28,412 nt of DNA, from NCBI GenBank assembly GCA_005222975.1, contig NJBI01000045.1, positions 1 through 28,412 on the forward strand. Reading direction: 5' to 3'. Shown here piece after piece: positions 1-8,530 of this stretch (position 1 is its first letter; the number at the start of each line of letters is the position of its first letter). This DNA is from Promethearchaeota archaeon Loki_b31 (GTDB lineage: Archaea > Asgardarchaeota > Lokiarchaeia > Sigyniarchaeales > SOKP01). Below the pieces are notes generated by a model, which was not told the DNA's origin, did not search any database, and saw only the letters and a list, made by a program, of their open reading frames with translations. Position numbers and translations under genes: made by a program.

Positions 1-1115
1 GTTGCGTCCTTTAATTGTAAACTTCCGTTTTGGAAACTTAGAGCGCAATGTATCGCAAAATTCCTTTAAGATTTCGCCGTATTCTTTTAAAAGCTTTTTA
101 AGCTCCATGTCAAAAGCAATAAAAAAAGAGCGAGGATCCCGTGTGGTTAAAAGAAAAAGGAGCTGTTTTATGACTTTGTTACACTTTTTTGCTCCTGAAT
201 GGGAAGGGGTAATCTTTTTTAAAGGAGGAATGCTTTCAGGAGTGAGGAGATCGGCGTGTTTACGCTTCTCTTGGAGAACGTTAAGGTAGGAACGAAGCCC
301 TAATAATTCGTTTATTTCATCGCGATAATGCTTAGCCCTGTAATATTTGAAATCTCGTCTTATTCCGTTATTTAGTGTTTGCATCACGTGAAAGCCGTCG
401 ATTTGAACGGCAGATTCCGGAAAAATCGCTTTGATTGCGGCGATTAACGCGGGACTAAAATCGCACGTGATAATATAAGGGTTAATGGGTGCCTTTTTTC
501 TTACAGCGAGTAAAGAACGACAGCCATTCTCAAAGTCTTCTATTCCCACCAGGTCAACAAGTATATTCCGTTTGACAACTTGACTGCCGATGCTAAGGGC
601 ACATTTTTTTTTTTTCCTAACAGTTTATTTCCTAAACTAAAACCCGTTCCATCGATTGTGAGTGCTTTATACGCTTCTAATGCCTTCTCAGGATCATTTT
701 TAAATTCGCTTTTCATGAAATCTTCAGTTAAAGCATTGATCCACGAGTAAATCGTCTTAGGGGGTATCTGAACGTTAAAATATTTCGCAAGCTGAGCAGC
801 AATTTTGTTTCCCGAGACATTATCCTGAAAATGGAGAGACAGGGCAGTTTGAATTACGCTTCTTGAATATAGGTATCCTTTTGGGTAATCCTCATGCTCT
901 GGCGTGTATTTAGCCCCGCAACTCTCACATTCAAAGGTAGCTACATGAAGTTCTATATATAATTCGGTATTAATATTTCCAAGCTCGGATATTATCCTTT
1001 TATGGCTTGTTCTTATTGTAATTTCACTACTTCCGCAAGATGGGCACGCTTTTGGTGCATATTGATCGGCAGAGATCTTCACGATTTCTTTTTTGACGCG
1101 TCTAGTAAAGTCCAT
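1..1115 (-). CDS. ISL3-like DDE transposase in two frames joined by a -1 frameshift; 3' end runs off the window
   Basis: ORF 540-1115 has a Zn-ribbon (CPSCG...CESCG), an HTH-like segment (IAAQLAKYFNVQIPPKTIYSW) and a first catalytic Asp (LTIDGT). Manual translation of the -1 frame from 603 to 1 is stop-free and reads CALSIGSQVV...IITCDFSPALIAAIKAIFPESAVQIDGFHVMQ, matching the ISL3-type D...fP...D.FH catalytic region. Confidence 0.8.
604..615 (-). other. A12 slippery run (frameshift or transcriptional-slippage site) in the transposase
   Basis: T12 at 604-615 on +; the minus strand reads GG-AAAAAAAAAAAA-TGT. One extra A joins the upstream ORF to the catalytic frame. Confidence 0.7.
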
Positions 1116-1428
1116 GAATTTAAAAGCGCCAAACTTTGTTATAATAAGCTGTAATATCTACGTGATACCATTAAACGAAAACTTTTTTTTTTGCCCATCC
1201 ATACACAAAGTATAGGAATTAATCAATTATTAGGATTAATCTTGCTTGGTTGATCTTAAATTATTTAGTTAAATTTGTAAACTACTAATTCAACTAAATT
1301 ACTCTTAAAAAAAGTTGTAACTGAAATTAAAACTAATTCATCGAGTCTTAACTAGTATTTTAATTTCAACTTTATTTTTATACTTACACTAACAAACTCA
1401 AAATACTTGAAAGATAATGGATTTTAAA

Positions 1429-1908
1429 TTAATCTTTTTGAAACACGATCATAAATTCACAGTAAGTATTTCCTGATTGTAAACTGCAATCTACTTCTTG
1501 AGCGAAACAATGAATATTAGTCATTCTTTCAACCAAACCTGCTAATAAACCAGCTTCGAAGGAACAAAAACTTCCTTCTGTTTTAATCCCCTTATTGATA
1601 AGATCTTTAATTGAAGAATGCCCTCTTAGTTTCAATTGAACTAATTCCTCTGAACTTTCCGTAATTTCGACCTCTCCTAAATTATATTCGGTGATTTTTT
1701 CTTTTAATGCTTCAGGTATGTTTTTAACGTCGTTAAGTTGTTTTACTTTTAGGATCGTTCCTAATTCATGACCTAAATAGTAAAATATAGCTTCTAGTTG
1801 GTGACCAAGAGCTAATAAAGCCCCTACTTTCATATCTCCAATTTCTTTTCCATCTTCCAAATGTTTTCTCATTTGTACTAAAATTTTCGAAAGCAACGAT
1901 CTATCCAT
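1429..1908 (-). CDS. V4R (4-vinyl reductase) domain protein
   Basis: FCSFEAGLLAG...EVDC......CEF signature; AGGAG RBS-like motif upstream. Confidence 0.85.
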   Translation of the reverse strand: MDRSLLSKILVQMRKHLEDGKEIGDMKVGALLALGHQLEAIFYYLGHELGTILKVKQLNDVKNIPEALKEKITEYNLGEVEITESSEELVQLKLRGHSSIKDLINKGIKTEGSFCSFEAGLLAGLVERMTNIHCFAQEVDCSLQSGNTYCEFMIVFQKD

Positions 1909-1943
1909 TTTTTTAAACTCCTTTTTTCTTAATTATTTTATAA

Positions 1944-2237
1944 TTATATTTTTACGGAGGAAATAAACCCGTATAATATCGCGTCAATAATATCCTCCTC
2001 TTGAATATTTAAACTTAACCTTCTACCTGCCACAATTACCGTAGGCAAGGAGGTGATTTTATATTCTTTAGTTAATTGGTAATTCTTTTCTACATCTATT
2101 TTTTCTATATACAATTTTTTACCAAACATTGATATATTAATTCTCTTCAACATTTCTTCTACTGGTTTACAAGGAGTGCAATAGGATGATGAAAAGAATA
2201 AAATCCTCGGGTAACCCTGTTGAAAATTTACTGACAT
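1944..2237 (-). CDS. Thioredoxin-fold protein
   Basis: CTPC motif, KIDVEKN, cis-Pro segment ITSLPTVIV; 97 aa. Confidence 0.85.
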   Translation of the reverse strand: MSVNFQQGYPRILFFSSSYCTPCKPVEEMLKRINISMFGKKLYIEKIDVEKNYQLTKEYKITSLPTVIVAGRRLSLNIQEEDIIDAILYGFISSVKI

Positions 2238-2277
2238 AAATTAACCTTATGAATACCAGTAGATTATTGAATTAATT

Positions 2278-2826
2278 TTATTGGTCCTTATATTTTTCAT
2301 AAAGGGTTTTTATAATTGCTTGAAATGCTTTATAAACGCCAGTCCCTGTTTTTGCGCTGGTTTTGTAATATCCCAGAAAACTCCTTTCATTAATTATCTT
2401 TTCAACCTTGCTATCATCTAATGATTCTTTGCTCACTAAATCAATCTTATTACCGAATAATACAATTGGAATATCTCCACAATATCTTTTAATATCTTCA
2501 TGCCAATCTGAGATGTGAGTAAAGCTTTTTTCTTCTTCTTTCGGAGCATGAGAAAAAACTATAATTGCGGCTTTACTCCCTTTATAGAACGTTGGCCGCA
2601 TAAATGAGAATTCTGCTTGACCAGCAATATCCCAGAAGAATAATTTAACTTGGCTATTCTTAATTTTCTCGTCATATTTCGAAAATTGCGCGCCTAAAGT
2701 TTTTATATATTCTTTTTTAAAACTGCCTTTAGTATATTTTTTGATTAGGGATGTTTTTCCAACGCCACCATCACCTATTACCGTGATTTTAAATACAAAA
2801 TCTTTCCTTTCATCACTTTCGTTCAT
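2278..2826 (-). CDS. Rab-like small GTPase (Ras superfamily)
   Basis: G1 GDGGVGKT, G2 T, G3 WDIAGQ, G4 NKID, G5 SAK; no C-terminal prenylation Cys. Confidence 0.92.
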   Translation of the reverse strand: MNESDERKDFVFKITVIGDGGVGKTSLIKKYTKGSFKKEYIKTLGAQFSKYDEKIKNSQVKLFFWDIAGQAEFSFMRPTFYKGSKAAIIVFSHAPKEEEKSFTHISDWHEDIKRYCGDIPIVLFGNKIDLVSKESLDDSKVEKIINERSFLGYYKTSAKTGTGVYKAFQAIIKTLYEKYKDQ

Positions 2827-3011
2827 AGAATCACATTATGATTTTTGTTTTGTATCTCTATTTATTTCTTCTAAACTACTTTAAAATATAAATTATAAAT
2901 ATTGTTTTTTATTTATATTGCTTTTTATTATACAATGAATTGTTATAAATCTTCCAGTTTCTTACAATATTAACCAGAAAAAATAACATATAAAATAGTG
3001 ATAGAAAAATA

Positions 3012-3488
3012 ATGGTAATTTTAGATAGTGTCAAAGATATTGTCGTTAAATTTACAAAGAATAATCTTAAATTAGCAATTGCTGAATCGTGTACAGGAGG
3101 GTATATTTCAAACGCAATAACTAATGTTTCTGGCGCTTCTAAAGTATTTGAACGTGGAATCATCTGTTATAGCAATAATTCTAAAATTGATCTTTTAAAT
3201 GTTGATCTCGGTAGGATTGATCAATTTGGAGCAGTGTCAGAAATAGTAGCAAAACAATTGGCGTATAACATTAGAGTACTTTCAAATGTTGACATAGGAA
3301 TAGGGATTACCGGCATCGCAGGACCTACTGGCGGTACAGCTGAAAAACCTGTAGGCTTAGTTTTTATTGGTTTTTCAACTGAAAAGGACACTATTGTAGA
3401 AAAGCATCAATTTAAGGCGGAAAGAATTACATTTAAAGAAAAGGTCTTAGAAAAAGTTCTTTCTTTGCTTCAAAATTTCTCCTTATGA
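3012..3488 (+). CDS. pncC: CinA C-terminal / PncC nicotinamide mononucleotide deamidase
   Basis: AESCTGG, SGAS, YSN.SK, GAVS, TGIAGPTGG..EKPVGLV motifs. Confidence 0.88.
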   Translation: MVILDSVKDIVVKFTKNNLKLAIAESCTGGYISNAITNVSGASKVFERGIICYSNNSKIDLLNVDLGRIDQFGAVSEIVAKQLAYNIRVLSNVDIGIGITGIAGPTGGTAEKPVGLVFIGFSTEKDTIVEKHQFKAERITFKEKVLEKVLSLLQNFSL

Positions 3489-3584
3489 GACAACACTTTT
3501 TTCTCTAATTTTCAAAATTTCATATCTTTTTATAGATTGAGTAAAAAAGAATGAATAAGCAAAAAAAATACCGAGCTTATTTGA

Positions 3585-4772
3585 ATGGAGTTATTAAAGA
3601 CTAATTATTTATCATTTTTCACGGTTTATTTAATTATCAGTTTGATTAACACATTTATAATTTTATATATCCCCGTTTTCATGTTAGAGATTTTAAATGT
3701 AAACAGAATACAATTATCATTTGTTCAATTTCTTTCGTATTTAACATTGTTTTTAGGGCCAATCACGGGGTTGTTTTTTGATAAGTTTTCCCATAAGAAA
3801 AAACAGCTATTGTTAGTTTCAAGCCTCCTTTTGCTCATAAGTTTCTCATTTTTTAATTTAAACATTAATAACTTATCCTATTTTGGTATATTTTTATCAT
3901 TGAATTTTACAAGTCGATTAATAATCAAAGCAGGAATGAGTAAATTAATGTTGGAATCCTCGCAATATAGAAACGCAAAAAAAAATATAATTTTGATTTC
4001 AAATGTTAGCGCTTCGATTGGAAGCATTATTCCAATAATTATATTTAATTTAATAGTTTATGATATAAATTCCATTGATTTATGGACTTTATTTTTTAAT
4101 GTCTGCTGGTTTATGTCATTCCCTATTATGCTTACCTTTTTTTTGATAAAAGATGTCTCCCTTAACGAAGATTTTATAACTGAAACGAAAATAATAAAAC
4201 CATTAGCGCAAAAGAAAATAAAAAATAAACATTTAAGTTTAGTATTAATTTTATTTGCGAATTTTCTAATCTGGGGTGATAAATTAATTGAATTTCCACT
4301 CACAAGTTACATTTTTACCAAATTTGGAGAAGAGGGTTTCAGGAATTATTCGTACTTATTTTTTATTTTCTTGTATTTAAATATTGGCGGGTGGTTTATT
4401 GCAAGGCGGCTTAAAAACGAAAAGAAGTCAATTATTAAAATATCAATTTCAATCACGATTTATGCTTCATTAATGTTCTTTATCGTCTTTTCGAATTTAA
4501 CCACCTTCTTATTAATTATGGCCACAAATCAACTAATAGGCGGAATTATGATGTCCCAGTTTACTGAAAGAAACATTGATGTTTCAAATTTAGGTAAAAA
4601 TACTGCCCTCTCATACGAGTTAATAAGAGGTTCTAGTTTATTGGCAAATCTTATATTTGTACCATTAGGAACGCTATTAAGCACATTTGTACCGCTGGAG
4701 TTTTTAATCACTATTGTAGTTGTAATGTCTTTGTTTTCAATAGCGCCTTTGTATTTTTTGAAAATATATTAA
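3585..4772 (+). CDS. MFS-type membrane transporter
   Basis: 395 aa with about 12 hydrophobic segments; motif-A-like GLFFDKFSHKK after TM2. Confidence 0.75.
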   Translation: MELLKTNYLSFFTVYLIISLINTFIILYIPVFMLEILNVNRIQLSFVQFLSYLTLFLGPITGLFFDKFSHKKKQLLLVSSLLLLISFSFFNLNINNLSYFGIFLSLNFTSRLIIKAGMSKLMLESSQYRNAKKNIILISNVSASIGSIIPIIIFNLIVYDINSIDLWTLFFNVCWFMSFPIMLTFFLIKDVSLNEDFITETKIIKPLAQKKIKNKHLSLVLILFANFLIWGDKLIEFPLTSYIFTKFGEEGFRNYSYLFFIFLYLNIGGWFIARRLKNEKKSIIKISISITIYASLMFFIVFSNLTTFLLIMATNQLIGGIMMSQFTERNIDVSNLGKNTALSYELIRGSSLLANLIFVPLGTLLSTFVPLEFLITIVVVMSLFSIAPLYFLKIY

Positions 4773-5959
4773 GCATAGTTGATTAATTTGCCTTTTTCCA
4801 TAATAAGTTTTTTTGTGCCATCTTTGTATTCAACTGTAATATTAGCTTGTGGAGCTGTAACAAAATCCCAGTGCATTTGAGAAACCGAGGTTCCTCCCAT
4901 CATTTTATTTCCCCCAAAAGCAACATGTACGCTTCCATTTATTTTTTCATCTGTAAGAATGTACCCGATTGCCTTTGTTATTGTCGGATTGCACCCGATC
5001 CCAAGTTCTGCAACATTGTAGGTGCGTAATTCAGCTAAATTCTTTTCCTTATCTATTTTTTCACTTTGTTTAAATGTAGCGATTAACTCATCCAAGTTCT
5101 CATCAGCAGTAACTTTATCGATTAATAGTCTTCCGTTCTTAAAAATTAGTTCGATATTTCTTATGATTTTATTACTAAACCTATCTTTAGTTAAAGGGCA
5201 AAATATCGTTCCTTCACCCTGTTTTTCGTGAGGTGGAAAGAAAACTTCTCCTGCAGGTAAATTTCCTCCTAAATCTCCTTTAGCAATCTGTTCGTCTGAT
5301 AATAACCCATCATCGAGGACGATTACGCGGTCTTCTATTGAAACCCAGAAATTAGTTCCCAAATCATCAGTAACGTGAACTTTTCTCGCGTTTTCAAAAT
5401 TTTTAGATAAGTTTGAAGTGATTTGTTGTAGATCTTTCTGAGGAACACTTATTCCACCCACGATAAATTTTTCTAGTAAATCATAACTTATATTATAAAA
5501 TGCTGCTGCTTTTTGGGAAGGCCAACCAGCATAGCACCATTTTTTTCCCGGAGCAAACTCTTCTTTAGCTCCATAGAGGACATCTTTAATAGGAGCAAGA
5601 GCTTTAGCTCTAGCTAGCATTTTCTCTCTAGGTACTTCGTTTACAATAGATGGATCTTCGTAAGGTTCAATGACGATATAAGCGTCTATGTTTTCGATTA
5701 ACTTCAAATAATGTTTGGGCGTAATTGCTAGAATTTCACTTGAAATTTTTTTATCAAGGAAGAAAGTTTCTGTAAAATGATCGCTTGTGGACGAAATATG
5801 AGGAATCCCTCCCCTTCTAAACACATTCAACGCAATCTCCTCTAATAAATCTTGACTATAAATGCCTCCTTTGATGAAAACACATTCCCCTTTCTTTTTT
5901 ATGTTAATACAATTAACAATATTTTCTGCGCAAAGTTCTACTTTTTCTCTATCGATCAT
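4769..5959 (-). CDS. Thermophilic metalloprotease (M29) aminopeptidase
   Basis: NLPAGEVF, AELGIG.NP, LTDEKI.GSVHVAFG, MHWDFV metal-ligand motifs. The ATG at 5959 (MIDREK) is preferred over the TTG at 5995. Confidence 0.9.
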   Translation of the reverse strand: MIDREKVELCAENIVNCINIKKKGECVFIKGGIYSQDLLEEIALNVFRRGGIPHISSTSDHFTETFFLDKKISSEILAITPKHYLKLIENIDAYIVIEPYEDPSIVNEVPREKMLARAKALAPIKDVLYGAKEEFAPGKKWCYAGWPSQKAAAFYNISYDLLEKFIVGGISVPQKDLQQITSNLSKNFENARKVHVTDDLGTNFWVSIEDRVIVLDDGLLSDEQIAKGDLGGNLPAGEVFFPPHEKQGEGTIFCPLTKDRFSNKIIRNIELIFKNGRLLIDKVTADENLDELIATFKQSEKIDKEKNLAELRTYNVAELGIGCNPTITKAIGYILTDEKINGSVHVAFGGNKMMGGTSVSQMHWDFVTAPQANITVEYKDGTKKLIMEKGKLINYA

Positions 5960-6151
5960 ATTTGAATTAATTTTACATATGTTATTAATTTTCAACTTTA
6001 CATTATGTCTAATAGTAAAGCATTTATTGAGAAACTGAAAAAATCAGTTTACCAGCAATGAATTTATTACACATAATTGTTATATTTAAAATATCGGAAC
6101 AACGAATTCATGATAAGGTTAGAGAATAATACACATAAAATAATTTAAATA

Positions 6152-6616
6152 ATGGTAATTCGAGAAGCAGGTTTACTTTTTAGGGGTTTTACATTAGTGA
6201 AAAAAAGTTATCACAAAACTACTTTAGGAAAAATCGATGCCGATTTAAGAAGTGGCTTGCTTACTGCACTCTTGACTTTTGCAGAAACTGCATTTTCTAC
6301 AGGTGCTGTAGAATATTTTGAAGGAAATAAATTTACTTTAGCTTTTATTAATGAAAAAATTTTAGCAGAAGATAGTGTCGAGCCCGAGCTTTTAGTTTCG
6401 TATGCAATTATAGATAAACAGAAAAAAATAGATAAATACGTTTATAAAATCGTCCACCCTCTATTGAGTAAAGTTGCTAAGGAATTTAAAGCTCAAAACG
6501 AAGGAAAAAATTTATCAGAAATCTCTCAATTTAAGATCTTTAAGAATAATCTTGATGAAATTTTTGGATCTGATACGAAAAATATTAATCAAAAACTAAA
6601 AGGATTATTTTATTAA
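6152..6616 (+). CDS. Longin-like domain protein (Asgard-type)
   Basis: Beta-beta start followed by D.DL.SGLLTALLTFAE helix, VEYFE..KFTL strands and a C-terminal helix pair. Pattern recognition only. Confidence 0.6.
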   Translation: MVIREAGLLFRGFTLVKKSYHKTTLGKIDADLRSGLLTALLTFAETAFSTGAVEYFEGNKFTLAFINEKILAEDSVEPELLVSYAIIDKQKKIDKYVYKIVHPLLSKVAKEFKAQNEGKNLSEISQFKIFKNNLDEIFGSDTKNINQKLKGLFY

Positions 6617-6649
6617 ATAGTATAATAATTCAAGTAATATATCAAGATG

Positions 6650-7591
6650 TTAACTATTTTTCTTTGATTTTTTTAAAAACCATAGCATTAGCGGTAATGA
6701 AATCGTTGCGTCTGAGATAACCGTTGAATACTTCGCTTCTTGACTTACTTTTCCCCAAGATATTGCTTCTTGAAAAGTTGCCCCACTAAGACCGCCTTGT
6801 TCTGGACGATCCATTGTTATTTGAATTGCGTACTTCGCGGAATTAGGACAAAATTGCAATGATTGCATAATAAAGTTCTTAGGAACACCTCCACCAATAA
6901 TACATACGCCTGCTTGTTTAGCATCCCAAGCCAGATCAACCATCTTTAACATGTCTTTAAAGTGGTTAAGATTTAAATTTTGGTGATGAAAGCCTATCTG
7001 TAAAGCCAAACCTGAATCCGTAAAAGCGGGACAAAATATTGGGACATTTTTTTTTGCACAGATTTTTAAAATAGAACTTTCATTATCAGGTAATTGGTCT
7101 CCAAGGAACTTTAAAAAAGAACTTACAGGCATATTTTCGTCAGGAATATCTAAATTTGATACATAATCTTCAATACCTTCATAAACATTATTCGGTAAGT
7201 ATACATCGTAGATTCTATTTAAATCTTGTTTATGTAATTCATAATCATCAATCTTTACTTCCCCTTGTAAATGATGATATCCTAATGTTTCGGCAATATC
7301 GTGAGTTAAAGAAGCGCCAGTAGTAACAAGAATGTCAATAAAGCCTTCTTCAACGAAGTCGTGAATAACTCTTTGCATTCCTGCAGGAACTAAAGCCCCA
7401 GCAAGACCAAAAAATTTAATACATTTTTTATCCTCAATCATCTCCTTGTAAATTTCACAAGCTAAAGCTAAACGCTTAGCATTAAATCCTGTGTCTTTTA
7501 ATGACTGAATAAGATCGACAATATCATCATTCTCATTGATTTTGAATTGATTTACATTTTTCAACTTCTTTTTTATATTTTCATTTGGCAT
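6650..7591 (-). CDS. dys: Deoxyhypusine synthase
   Basis: TGFNA, TTGA.L.HD, NRIYDV, CPAFTDS, GGGVPKNF, GGLSGAT.QEAISWGK with the catalytic Lys. The start could be any ATG in 7591-7600; it overlaps the speB stop. Confidence 0.93.
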   Translation of the reverse strand: MPNENIKKKLKNVNQFKINENDDIVDLIQSLKDTGFNAKRLALACEIYKEMIEDKKCIKFFGLAGALVPAGMQRVIHDFVEEGFIDILVTTGASLTHDIAETLGYHHLQGEVKIDDYELHKQDLNRIYDVYLPNNVYEGIEDYVSNLDIPDENMPVSSFLKFLGDQLPDNESSILKICAKKNVPIFCPAFTDSGLALQIGFHHQNLNLNHFKDMLKMVDLAWDAKQAGVCIIGGGVPKNFIMQSLQFCPNSAKYAIQITMDRPEQGGLSGATFQEAISWGKVSQEAKYSTVISDATISLPLMLWFLKKSKKNS

Positions 7592-8504
7592 AATCATCAT
7601 TTTTATGTTTGTTATGAATAAAAGAAATTAATTCTATTATTAACTTAGCCGCTAAATTAGATGTCACATTATTTAACAAATCTAAATTTGGACAAACTTC
7701 AACTAAATCAAAAGCAATAACATCAAAGTTTTTAGCCAACTTTCTTAATATTTTCCATAATTCTCGATAAGAGAATCCTCCGGGAATAGCATATCCTGTT
7801 CCCGGTGCTATAGAAGGGTCTAACACATCGATATCAATCGAAATATATATCTGTTTTATATGAGAATTTTCAAAAAAATCAATAATATTATCCGTAAATT
7901 TGTCAATACCGAAATCATGGAGTAAGTAAGCGTTAAAATGAACCATATCTTCCTTTTTTGCAAAATCTAATTCAGGGATATCTATATCCCTCGTTCCAAC
8001 AATAAGAATATTATATTTATTGATAAAAGTTAACTCATATAAACGATGGGAGATTGTCGCGTGAGAGTACAACCTTTTATCCCATTCTTTATATAAATCG
8101 AGGTGAGCGTCAAAAATTAAAACGCCAAATTCATTCTTATTTTCAAAAGAATCTACCAAAGCTTTTACAACTGGAAAGGTGCAAAAATGGTCACCGCCTA
8201 TCATTATTGGAACGACATCCTTTTTTTGACGGAAAATCAAACTTATAAAATTTTTAATTTCCTCAAGGCTTTTATTAACATTAGTAGGTTCAATCGATAC
8301 ATTTCCTATATCAACAACTTTTAACTTAGGTATTTCAACGCCCATTTCAGTTGTTAACGCTAAATTTGATGTAATTTCTCGAATTTTTTGAGGGGCAATG
8401 GCAGAATTAGCAGCTTTTAGAGAAGTTAAGTAGTCCCATGGGATTCCAAAAATTACGAATCTAGTATCGTTATCAATAGTCTCGCCAAAATCATAAAAAG
8501 TCAT
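7581..8504 (-). CDS. speB: Agmatinase (ureohydrolase family)
   Basis: GGDH, DAHLD, SHAT, SIDIDVLDP..APGTG, DLVEV.P motifs. Confidence 0.9.
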   Translation of the reverse strand: MTFYDFGETIDNDTRFVIFGIPWDYLTSLKAANSAIAPQKIREITSNLALTTEMGVEIPKLKVVDIGNVSIEPTNVNKSLEEIKNFISLIFRQKKDVVPIMIGGDHFCTFPVVKALVDSFENKNEFGVLIFDAHLDLYKEWDKRLYSHATISHRLYELTFINKYNILIVGTRDIDIPELDFAKKEDMVHFNAYLLHDFGIDKFTDNIIDFFENSHIKQIYISIDIDVLDPSIAPGTGYAIPGGFSYRELWKILRKLAKNFDVIAFDLVEVCPNLDLLNNVTSNLAAKLIIELISFIHNKHKNDDYAK

Positions 8505-8530
8505 GATCCAATCCTTTTTATCTTAGTTAG

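Larger units (their letters stand above)
1..1200 (-). mobile_element. Insertion sequence (ISL3-like), partial; end near 1200 is approximate
   Basis: Contains a transposase gene and is visibly more GC-rich than the AT-rich spacer from ~1210 onward. Terminal repeats cannot be defined because the other end is outside the window. Confidence 0.6.

Noticed and set aside
2-289. 95-aa plus-strand ORF
   Set aside because: Antisense shadow of the transposase catalytic frame.
1195-1420. Short imperfect inverted repeats (ccatacacaaagtatagg; atttagtt...aactaaat) as IS ends or regulatory sites
   Set aside because: Short, in very AT-rich DNA, and the partner IS end is outside the window.
3551-3604. Upstream ATG plus A8 run as a frameshifted start for the MFS gene
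   Set aside because: The MFS frame has TGA at 3582-3584 just before its ATG, so slippage at the run cannot join them.
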